The notes beneath the pieces were generated by a model. That model saw only the letters and a program-made list of their open reading frames with translations, did no database searches and was not told where the DNA came from. From Lytechinus pictus (Eukaryota): a stretch of 64,000 nucleotides of DNA. The stretch is taken from positions 14,386,001 to 14,450,000 of the forward strand of contig NC_087250.1 of the NCBI RefSeq assembly GCF_037042905.1. The letters are read 5' to 3'. Position numbers and translations under genes: made by a program. This document shows positions 38,401-48,264 of the stretch, one piece after another (position 1 is the stretch's first letter; every line of letters begins with the position of its first letter).

Positions 38401-41400
38401 TATTTTTTTAAACTTGTCTTCAGGGTGAACTTCCCCTTTAATTATTAAAGGGTGATATTTCTAAGACAATTTGATTGTGGCTTTAGCAATGGTCTATGGT
38501 CTATGTTTGGTAGTAGGTATTTTCGTGATTTAAATTTGTAAAAATAAGTACCGCCCCCTCCCCCCCCCCCCCCCCGGTTCATAGTGCCGTCCATGCCTCA
38601 TATCAAACTCCTTCCTACATCGCTTCTTTCTGCTTTGTTATTGTAGAATACTTATTAAATGGGACATTGACGAAAATGCGCACCTTCAACTCACATATTC
38701 AAAAACTAGCGACGTTACCCACAGACGACCTTCATAACCAGGTTTGTATACATTTTTTTCCAAAAGAAAGGGGGGGTCGGGGAAGGGGGCGGATGTGCCC
38801 CCCACGAGGCCGATTAAGGGTCCACTATCTTGCTGGAAAGAAAAGTTCACACTGTGTGATCAGTGTGTTCACGTGGTCATCTCCTATGTGAATATATTCA
38901 CACTCTTAAAATACTTAAATTCAACAGTGTAATGATATTTCCACACTGTGGACACTGTGGTCTGGACAGCTATAGTGTATTCACAGTGTGTTCATAATAT
39001 GTTCGACTATGTGAATATGTGATTCACACTCTTAAAATGCTCAAAGTCAACAATGTGAAGGTGATTTATTTTGATACACTGTGGAACTATATATCAGTAG
39101 GGTATATAGGCCGATTGTTACATAGGTCTACGTTTGTCTACCATAGTCGGATCTGCATTCAATAGCAGACAATAAGGTCATTTAACCAAAACACATTCGA
39201 CAAAAGATATTTGACGTTTCGATTATTTTTCACTTTATATCTTGTTTTGTTCAATCTATATACCCACGTTCCCAGATCTGAATTTCTAATTACAAATTTG
39301 TTTAATAACACTAAATTGTATCATTGAAGGAAATGTCACATTGTGAACATCTCTGAACATGCCAGGGGGGGGGACAAATGGGCAGGTGCACGAGGCAAAA
39401 GATAAGGGGCAACAGTCAAGGAGAGTGTCTTGTTTTCATCTTCCGCAAAGAAATGGTTCGTGAATTTCAACAAAGCTTGCTAGAAATTATGCTTAAGACG
39501 CACTTCGGTTTTTGTCGAAAGTTGATGGACGGGGGGTCATCAGGGCTCCGTACCACAAAGGTAATTTGCGATGAATTGCAAATATGAAAGAACCGCACTG
39601 ATTGGTCCCTGGTCAGTATTTTAAACCCTATGCGCGTGTAACATTGATAATGATTGGTCAGTTCATTTAGCGATTGATCGCGTTCAGATTGTCCCTGGAA
39701 TGGACTACAGGTTGCACGGGTCTAATCACAACTGGCAGGCTATAGATATACATTCAAGCCAACCCATTGCTCAATTTTTAAATTTGATATTGCTGATTGA
39801 AAAATATGAATGAATTTGACTGACAATCTAACACTGATTCTAGGGAGGGTACCTACTGAACTTACTTTTTCCAAATTGGAAAGATATATCACCAATATGG
39901 AACTATATTTTTACTGGCGGAAGAATTAGGGTAATTTTACTCTCTCAAGTGATGAATTTGGTCCCGGCAGGTGTAGTCTTCATAAATCCTGATTTATTTT
40001 TAAAATGAGCCGGTCGAGTTACCCTTTTTTGGTCAGATATGGAATGTCTGACATTTATCAGACTGGTAGTAAACATTCAACGCTCGAATTTCCTCCTTAT
40101 TTCTTATGAATTCTTTTTAAGTGCCACTTTAACACACGAGTCTATGGGAAATGAATTAGGCTTGTGAGCCCTAGACGTAAACTTGCAAATATATGGTGTT
40201 TTTTCTAGAGTACAGTGCCGGCTGCACAGAAGCGTTGTTAGCTTAACAGAGCGCGAACTGTTAGCCCTTACAGTCACATCTTGTGGATTGTGAAGTCAAA
40301 ACATATATTTCAATGTTTAACTTAAGTAATGCTTTGTAACATTAGGCATCGCTGCCACATTACCAGTTGTAACAGCTCCTATGTTAACGCAATTGGTAGC
40401 GCTAGCATCGTTGTTGTGCGGTCAATACATGACGGCACTGCTGTTTTGATTCGCCGACTTCGACAAAGGCTGTGCGACATTGAAGAGCTTGGGCGTTGTG
40501 GCGTGCGCCTGTAATCCAAGCTATGCGGGGAAGTTACAAATTGATGCAGAGGTTCGAGGTTCGAGCCCTGGTCACGTCTTTCGGATGGTGACGTTAAAGG
40601 TCGGTCCCAGACGTAAATAATCATATCTGATTGATACACGTCTGACAAAACTCAAATACACACACACACACGCTTTTGAAAAAAAATATGGGTCGTAGAA
40701 AGCGTTTGCATATTGATTGCGGAAATTCCCTATTGAATCATCATTGTAATGATGATTGCAATATCCGTCTTTAGAATTATCGGACCTTTCACACGAAAAA
40801 ATTTGTACCGCAATTTGAGTGAAACTGGAATTCTTCACCTCCGGAGTAGAATTGAATTCGTGATTGTGCTTAGCGTTCGTGATTCTAATTTGGTTTCACG
40901 CGTGCTAAAAATGTGTCCCTATATATCCTTTAAAACAAAAGAAGAGTTCCTGCAGCAGAGTCTCGAGAACACATCTCACCAGAATGCGTAATCTTACATT
41001 ATATCATGCAAAATTACAGGAAATTGGTATTTGGTGTATGGAACCTTACTTTAATAAAACACCATTTTCTCCTTTGTAAACAGACTTGTTCTGTTAAATT
41101 GCAAAAAAAAATTTGTGAATTGACAGAATGATTCTGTTATTGCTTTCTGCAAAATCTTATTTTTTTCTGTAAAATCAGGGGGGGGGGTTCAGTGTAGCCC
41201 TATATTTTTCACTGGAATCGTCATTCAAATTACGATTTTTTTTAACCGTGTGAAAGGGCAGAAAGGTTCTGCAAAGTCTTCTACCACCATCCCCGTGGAA
41301 ATGTCATATAGCCACAATTGAATGAAGAATAATTACAATTAAAATTTTCTTTTTTTTAATGTCTGATTCAGGTAACCTTAAGCTACCGTCTTAACGGCAA

Positions 41401-43208
41401 AAAGAGACCTAATATCATCAACATGAGACCTACAATGGACGATGATCCTACCCGGTGAGAAGTAGTAATAATTATGATAATAATATTATAATAATGATAA
41501 TATATAATGTTAATAATACAATAACAATAATGATAATAATAATCATAGTAATATCATCAACACGACACTTACAATGGAAGATGATCCTACCCGTTATGTG
41601 ATAGTAATCATGATAATAATAATATAATTATAATAGTAATGATGATGATTGATAGTAATGATAATAATAATTATAATAAAAATCATAGGGGACATATCAT
41701 CAACATACCACACCCAGAATGACAAATGATCCTACCCGGTAAGAAATAGTAATAATTATGACAATGTAATAATAATATAATGTTAACAATAATAACAATA
41801 AGAAAAATCATAATGAGCCTAATATCATCTACATGGCACCTTTAATGGAAGAAGATCCGACCCGGTAAGAGGTAGTAATCATGATAATATAATTATGATA
41901 GTAATGATTAATAATAATGAATAAAATCATAATGGGACCTAATATCATCTACATGGCACCTTTAATGGAAGAAGATCCGACCCGGTAAGAGGTAGTAATC
42001 ATGATAATATAATTATGATAGTAATGATTAATAATAATGAATAAAATCATAATGGGACCTAATATCATCAATATGACACCTAGAATAATCCTATACCGGT
42101 AAGAAAAAGTAATAATTATAATGTAATAATGATAATGATAATAATAATAGTAATAAGAATAATTGAAATTAATAAAAGATATTATACCTCAGTCACATTT
42201 ACTTTATATGCAGTTCTTAATAAAATGTTTCTACGCTCTCCATAGCTTCCCTTATCAGACGCTTGAGCATTCAAAGGAATTACTTGTTACCTCATTCACT
42301 GCACCTGGGTGCAGAGTGGCAATTTTGGATAAACACTATGTCAAAGGACTTTTCCTGAGGCTATAGATTTTAATACTACAGAACAAAATATTGCATTCTT
42401 ATGGAGCCTTTAAAGTGCCATCGACTTGACGACTTGGCGAGATACTTTATCTTAATTGCCATGTCGACATAATAACCTTATTATGTCGACATGGCGAGAT
42501 ACCTTATCTTGCCAAGTCGACGTATAAAAAGTTATATGTCGACATGGTGAGATACGTTATTTCGCCAAGTCGACTTATAAAAGGTTATATGTCGAAATGG
42601 CGAGATACGTTATATCTTGCCAAGTTGACTTATAAAACATTATATGTCAACATGGCGAGATATTTTATCCTGCCAAGTCGACTCATAAAAAGTTATGTCA
42701 ACTTGGCGAGATACTTGGACTCTCGTCGGGCCTTGGACACTTCATATCTTGCCGTGTCGACATATAATGTTTTATAAGTCGACTTGGCAAGATACAATAT
42801 CTCGCTATTTGACATATGTCGTTTTATAAGTCATCTTGGCAAGATACCATATCTCGCCATGTCGACATATAACTTTTTATAAGTTGACTTGGCGAGATAA
42901 CGTATCTCCCCATGTCGACATAATAAGGTTATTAGGTCGACATGGCAAGATAAAGTATCTCGCCAAGTCGTCAAGTCGATGGCACTTTAAAGGCTCCTCA
43001 CATTCTGATTAAAGATGCAGTATTATATGTTTATTGTATGTGGGGGGGGGGGGTGTTTGTGTAATGAGGTAGTTTAGGTCTCGAGATGGCGCTGTTCAAT
43101 TGAAATGGCTTATTAATATCCTTTCCTTGATTGTATCTTCACAAACACAGATTCAAGTCATTCCATTGTACCTATTTCCGTGGATATGGAAATTGTTCCT
43201 CCAGTTGA
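17444..43208 (+). CDS. fng: Fringe-family O-fucosylpeptide beta-1,3-N-acetylglucosaminyltransferase, 10 coding exons, 368 aa
   Basis: Exons 17444-17857, 21766-21817, 23078-23120, 27119-27178, 27926-28073, 36675-36757, 37001-37071, 38647-38741, 41372-41454, 43151-43208; all GT-AG, phases compatible, total 1107 nt. Type II membrane anchor; motifs DVFIGVKTTEKYHSTRL, TYFFTD, LCCK, WYCHVDDDNYLN, YLGRPS, FWFGTGGAG, PDDMTIGFIVE, FNSH, QVTLSY, DPTRFKSFHC. Orthologue versus paralogue not determinable. Confidence 0.92.
17965..18460. repeat. CACACTGT/ACAGTGTG-rich internally repetitive dispersed repeat
   Basis: Units like gtgattcacactgt..ctcgacagtgtgactgt..gtgttcacatggtcgac; related copies at ~22640-22890 and ~38845-39085. 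Confidence 0.8.
18671..21397. mobile_element. Non-autonomous TIR element (GGCGGATCCAGCC ends) with many GCTCGCGCTTCGCGCTCGCAT subrepeats
   Basis: ggcggatccagcc at 18671; ggctggatccgcc ending ~21397; more than 10 internal gctcgcgcttcgcgctcgcat-like motifs. Confidence 0.75.
19109..19967. mobile_element. TA-flanked MITE nested in the 18671-21397 element
   Basis: TIR ggggGAGGCGGGGTAAGTTG ... CAACTTACCCCGCCTTCCCC, TA on both sides; internal GGGGCAAGTTGAGCC subterminal repeats. Confidence 0.8.
21430..21650 (+). mobile_element. SINE 3' portion with L2-like tail
   Basis: aatgggtacc...gtaaagcgctttggg...gtgctatataaa...(TAT)n tail. Confidence 0.6.
23336..23574. mobile_element. TA-flanked CACTG/CACAG-ended MITE with ACACC/GGTGT subrepeats
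   Basis: ta|cactgtaaaaact...agtttttgctgtg|ta; similar elements at 27653-27896 and 31113-31406. Confidence 0.7.
24132..25615. mobile_element. PIF/Harbinger-like MITE
   Basis: TIR aggcctgatcacaccgcccgagc(a)ttgttggagcggtcgtg / cacgaccgctccaacaacgctcgggcggtgtgaccaggcct; TAA/TTA flanks. Confidence 0.8.
24814..25347. mobile_element. TTAA-flanked Kolobok-like MITE
   Basis: ttaa|agggatggtccgggct ... agcccggaccatccct|ttaa; internal inverted tgatgtcacatctccactt; related copy at ~44060-44395; similar TTAA elements at 38071-38441 and 47332-47934. Confidence 0.75.
25653..26420. mobile_element. Foldback element (~770 bp, long inverted arms)
   Basis: cgcgcgtttccgttttacaccctggcgaaggcaatc...tagctacaaagcgactagtgaagagtcta mirrored at 26344-26418; a matching terminus also occurs at ~6663-6692. 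Confidence 0.85.
28173..28385 (+). mobile_element. tRNA-derived SINE
   Basis: A box gtggtctagtgg, B box gggttcgattccc, conserved core (tgctgcactcaacctaggtgaggtgaatgggtacc), (AAT)n tail. Confidence 0.8.
29576..29626. mobile_element. 51-bp palindromic mini-transposon with 9-bp TSD
   Basis: gactgtcgg|taacccagg..gggagctcccgc ccgcgca gcgggagctccctgggtta|gactgtcgg. Confidence 0.75.
29798..30730. mobile_element. 933-bp foldback element: ~460-bp inverted arms, ~13-nt spacer, CACTG...CAGTG termini, TA flanks
   Basis: cactgttggtcataa..accccagtttagggaagg mirrored by ccttccctaaactggggt..ttatgaccaacagtg; centre gtggccatgc-cttgaaccataat-gcatggcc at ~30247-30277. Confidence 0.9.
31469..32687 (+). pseudogene. 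Three decayed exon-like segments inside fringe intron 5
   Basis: AG/GT-bounded segments 31469-31570, 31983-32102 and 32601-32687 with polypyrimidine tracts; frameshift-corrected translation resembles VEFEEQEKTVEV.PSTWL..DDHKC.Y; contains stops. Confidence 0.4.
35738..36203. mobile_element. Two copies of a ~148-bp MITE in inverted orientation (35738-35886 and 36056-36203)
   Basis: ggg(t/c)cc(g/a)ttgcagaaagagttgc...gcaactctttctgcaac(a/g)ggccc; internal gcgcgctgttgattggttgaaaatcaag is reversed in the second copy. Confidence 0.8.
40487..40672 (+). mobile_element. SINE-like element with 7SL RNA (Alu-domain) head, B box, unrelated body and (CA)n tail
   Basis: GCTTGGGCGTTGTGGCGTGCGCCTGTAATCCAAGCTATGCGGGGA aligns by eye to the 7SL 5' end (GCCGGGCGCGGTGGCGCGTGCCTGTAGTCCCAGCTACTCGGGA); ggttcgagcc B box at ~40558; gtctttcggatggtgacgttaaaggtcggtccc body; (CA)n 40658-40672. 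Confidence 0.65.
41407..42110 (+). repeat. Tandem repeat (~120-140 bp, 6 units) built from the 3' half of fringe exon 9 plus its splice donor and (AAT)n
   Basis: aatatcatc(a/t)acat..acc..aatgga.gatgatcc.acccg|gt(a/g)ag recurs at ~41410, 41550, 41693, 41820, 41940 and 42060. Confidence 0.9.
42402..42998. mobile_element. Foldback MITE with internal ~46-bp GTCGACATGGCGAGATA repeats
   Basis: ggagcctttaaagtgccatcgacttgacgacttggcgaga ... tctcgccaagtcgtcaagtcgatggcactttaaaggctcc. Confidence 0.85.
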
Positions 43209-46200
43209 TACACCTACCAAACTCATTTGATGGTCATTACTTTAGGCGTTTTCATAAAGAGCATGCGCCACCAACGTTTATCGTGAGAGGCTTGTGCGTC
43301 TACCTCTTTTACTTTCCTAATAAGCCGACCGGTGCGCACTTATTTGGAATGCATTACCTGATGACATTAAATTAAGTGTATCACTCAATTCTTTCAAACA
43401 ATTATTTAAAAAAAAATATTACTTATAAAATTATCAGGCTTTGTTTGTTCAAGTATCGTGTAGGGTTTGTCTTGGAATATTAATAATTTGTATTTTTATT
43501 TATCATCCTTATTTTCTAGTTATTATGTTAAAATGTCCATTTTAAAATGTTTGTGCTTACATTTTGGTGGCAGCACTGTATAAGACTTGGTTCTTCTAAG
43601 CTGTCTCCACATTCTTATATTTATATTTTGTTTATTACTATGTATATTTATGTGTTTTTATGAATGAAATAAATTGAAATTGAAAAATTGATTATACGCC
43701 CGCAGACTACACGATCCGTTCCGATCTGCTTTTTTAAGAAATTTAAGTTGCCTTTGGTATGAACATTCCAACCTATAAAATCTTATAACGATCACATATG
43801 TTCCAATTCATTCGTGAATTGAATAATGAAATTGATATTACAGTCTATTCCAAGTCTTCCTAGGGAATGAAAACAAATTCCAAATCCTAATGATGTCATC
43901 GGCTACATGTGACTAATATTGAAGCAGAATGATTTGGACTTTACCAGTACCCACGGAAAACCTGCCAAGGTTTGCAGCAACGAACGTAGAGGGCAGTAAC
44001 ACATTTAAAGAAAGTTTTTATTCTTTAAAGCGATGCTCCAGGTTGGAAATATATATTTCATCAAAATCGGATAACAAATAACAAAGTTATTGAATTTTAA
44101 AGATTTGCATTATTCCGGTGAAACAGTTCTAGGCATGTCTGTATGAATATTCATTAGGTAGGCTGATGATGTCATTTCCCCACTTGTTCTTTTGTATTTT
44201 ATTATATGAAATTAGGTTTATTCAAAAATTTTCTACCAAGAACTAAAACGATTGGATTGACAACTGATTAAGTGCATTATTTCAACATAATGGAGAGACA
44301 CATCATTTACACATGTATGAAAAAATGAAAGAATTATGATTTCATAAGAAAAAGGAAAGTGGGGATGTGACATCATTAGCCCACCTAATGAATATCGATT
44401 CGATATTCATTTACTCATATATGGTAATTTATTCCCTATTTTACTACAATCCAATATCTGGTATATGCATATGACCATATTAATTGCATTAATCTCTTCT
44501 GACTTAAATCAAGTGTTTCAATATTCAATATGTTAAGATAATTACTTAATTTCTACTTTTTTCATTTCATTAAGCAATGTTCTACGGTCAACTATTCTCG
44601 ATATATTTCCTACGCACATTCAGTGGAATTATTCGATATGTTATCTTCAGTGATATCTATATCACAGACTGGATTTATTGTATTTCTAGTATCTAATCTA
44701 ATGTATGTTTGACAAATTTCGTTTGTATGTTCACATGACTATATGCTGAAAAATAGTTCATCTGGACAAAATTATCCTGTAAAATGATAATCGGTTATTT
44801 TTAATGTGCTTTAGACATAAATTGTATGTACTGTAAGTGCTTACAGATTTGTTATTGTAAAGATACTCTGATAACTCAATAAATAATGCCAATTTTTATA
44901 AAGAAAAAAAATGTCTGGTTTGAGTGATATACCGGGAACCACAGATATCTGTTTGATTCAGGCAAAAATTGACTAAGAGTGTAATTATGTTCTTCTTTTC
45001 CCTCTATCAGGGGATTTATTCACATTTATAATTATATCACAGATTAAACAATAAATCACATACAAATTGGAAGTTACACAAGGGATTATAAATCATAAAA
45101 CACCAATTCTTACAGTAATTAACAAAATCATATATAAATTACTTCAATTTTTCTTACACGAGTATTCAAAAGCCCTAGTTAGTTACACCGGTACCGAATC
45201 AGCTGCCAGTCATCCGAATACAGGCATTCGGAGCCAAGCTGTTGGTCTCAAACTAGTATCCAATTATAAATTGTAAAATCTGAAAACGGGTTTCCCTTTT
45301 GTGGGATGCACTGTATACGAGTCAATATTTGTGATAAAATGAACGATAAAATGATAACTTTCCAAAATTTGCCAAATTTCTAAGCAGTGATTCTGTTGTT
45401 TTTCACTATGTTGCAAATTTACAGTGTGTGAAGATCGGCTCAAATTAATTCCATTTCACTCGTAATTTCATTTCCACACATCTGTGACATTATAAAACTT
45501 TGCTATAATTACATGATTACCAAGCTGTACGAATTTTACATATATATATACAATAAGTATAAAAATAATATAAATAATTAGCATTCTCTATCAATATGCT
45601 CCACGAATGCAGTATATATTATATAAAACACAAATACGGAGGAAACCTTAGACTATGCTTGTAGCCCTACAAAACTCTACAGGAATACATACCTTTTGAA
45701 AAAAAAAATTGTTTTGTTAATGCACATGACGATTATTTAAAACAAAATAGTGATAAAAAAAAAGAAGAGATAACAGAATTATAAACAAAACACAAAAATT
45801 ACAAAGAGTTAAAGCGAGGAACAAAAATCCCAGTTATTAGCTTTGTGACAAAATAATAGAACACACCGGTAAAGAGCAAATTCAGTTTGGGTTATTATAG
45901 TGAAGAATTTAGGGGTATAATTCAAAATTTAAGCATGATTTTTTTCTTTCTGACATGATAGCTATAATAAAGTAGGAGTACATGGGCCTAGTGTAAATAC
46001 TTTCAAAATCTTTAGCACTCATTTCTGAACTAAACTGGAAAATCTGATGAACTTTGCATGGACTCAAAAGTTCAAATAGGGGTTCTAACTATTAATGTTG
46101 TGATCTCGTGAGGTATAACGGAGGCCCAAATTCCTTGATTCTGCCATTTAACCAGACTCTCAATTTCGCGAACTTCAATGGTCCTTAGGAAAAAATAAGC

Positions 46201-48264
46201 ACATGAACCTATATTATTCTTTTCATATTTGGCCTCTATAGGTTAAAAAATAACCCCATGCAAAGTTGGGTAAAAATGATGTGGCTTTCATTTTAAAGGG
46301 AATTTCACCCTCAGAGCTGCCAACCTATACAAGAACATTTCAGTATTTTTAAAGCTGAAAATCAGTATTTCTAAAGAAGTACAATAGGATAACACATAAA
46401 AACTGACACTTAAAAAGAATCAGTATTATGCATGAAACCATCAAAATTCTCATTTTTCAGTACTAAATATGGAAAATCTGTACTACTTTGCAGCTCTGCA
46501 CCCTGACAAAAGTTTATTGTAAAATTAGCAGAAAAAATTATTAAAATATTGGTGAAGGTTTGAGGAAAATCCATTAATATTAAGAAAGTTATTAGAATTT
46601 CAAGTTTTTGATTTGTGACGTCATTAACGAGAAACTTCCCCATATTATGTAATATAAAATTCATAAATTTCATTTTTTTTTAAATGGTTTGATGACTTGT
46701 ACTTTATTTTATTTTAGGGAGTGCGTGTAAAATGATTTGTGTATTGATATACTGAAGGTACAATAAAAACCATTTCCTATTTTCTGAGAGAATGACATTT
46801 CATTGATCTTTTACCATACGATATGCAGAAAAGCTGCTCACATATGACGTCACAAATCAAATAATTCAAATTCTAATAAGTTCAATATATCAGCAGTGCA
46901 ACAATAAATTGCAAAGAAAGAAAACATTCATACAATAATAATATACTAAGTTCACTTAGCCTCAAAGTTATGACATTTCAGAAACTTAACCTTGGTTAAT
47001 ATTTCAATGTTGATGACGCTGCTCTGCTATAAGCTATGCTGGCGAGACAAAAACAGTGAGTGGATGACCTCAATGGCCTGGTGGGGGGCAGTCAAATGTA
47101 TTGCTGTACACATGCCTGACCAAATTATTTCAAAACACCCACTAAACGAGTTTTTCTCTGTGTGCAAAATAACCCCCTTAACAAGTTTTTCGCTGGCTTT
47201 ATTTAAACATTTTGGCCCCTAAACAAGTTGTTGCCAGAATATGGGAAAAAGCTTGGGGGAAAACGTACCATAAACACGTTTGGCTAGTCTTTTAAATAAA
47301 AGCTTTTGGAAAAAAAACATACCCGGTACCCTTAAAGGGGAATCCAGCCCAAGTAAAAACTTAATTTTATAAGGAAAAGAAAAATCAAACAAGTTGATAG
47401 GTGAAAGTTTGAACAATATTGGACAAACAACAAGAAAGTTATGAATTTTTAAAAGTTGTAAATATTGGTAATCACTATACCCATGGATACTTCAAATTGG
47501 CCGCATATGGGATGTCATAGTGATGTAAGGCAAGGACTACTCTTCCATGTACTCCAATACATATTATGGCTAAAATGTCATTTTTCCCAAAAGTTTTATT
47601 TCAAATTATATTTTTCTTTCATGAGGACATAAAACAATATACTACCTGGGTTATATTTAGATTACTGCCCCAGGGGAATGGGTACTTAGGAGAAAACCAC
47701 AAATCCCTGATAATAAAGTACATGGCCTATGGGAAAGTTGTCCTTGCCCCTTGTCATAATTTACTTACCCAGTTGCCAATTTGAAATCTACATAGTATTA
47801 GTGATCTCAATTTTAAAGCAGCTATAACTTTCTTATTGCTTGTTCGATTTCTTTCAAACTTTCACCATTCTATTTAATTTATTTTTCTCCTTCCCAACAC
47901 AACATTTTATGGCCAAGGCTGGATTCCCCTTTAATACGTTTGAGCCCGCAATCGCCCATTGACCAGTCTTTCAAAACCATCCTTTTTCTTGAAAATCTGT
48001 GTTTTTTATAAGAGTGCATGCACGGCCTGCACCTGAAACTGAAAAAACACCCCTTTAAAAACTTTTTGGTCACACATGTGTACAGCAATATATTAGACTG
48101 ACCCCCGGATCGTAAACAATTCCCTCATTTGCATACCGCACAGGCTGTTCTATGAAAATATGCAAAAAAAAGTAGGAATGCAATACCTTTCTCATTTGCT
48201 TCCATATTTTACAATTTGATTTTCAATATTTACCACGTTTATTTTTTTCAACATGATTTAGTTT

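Noticed and set aside
40487..40790. Functional 7SL/SRP RNA gene
   Set aside because: Similarity stops after the Alu 5' domain; no S domain and no 3' Alu strand; ends in (CA)n
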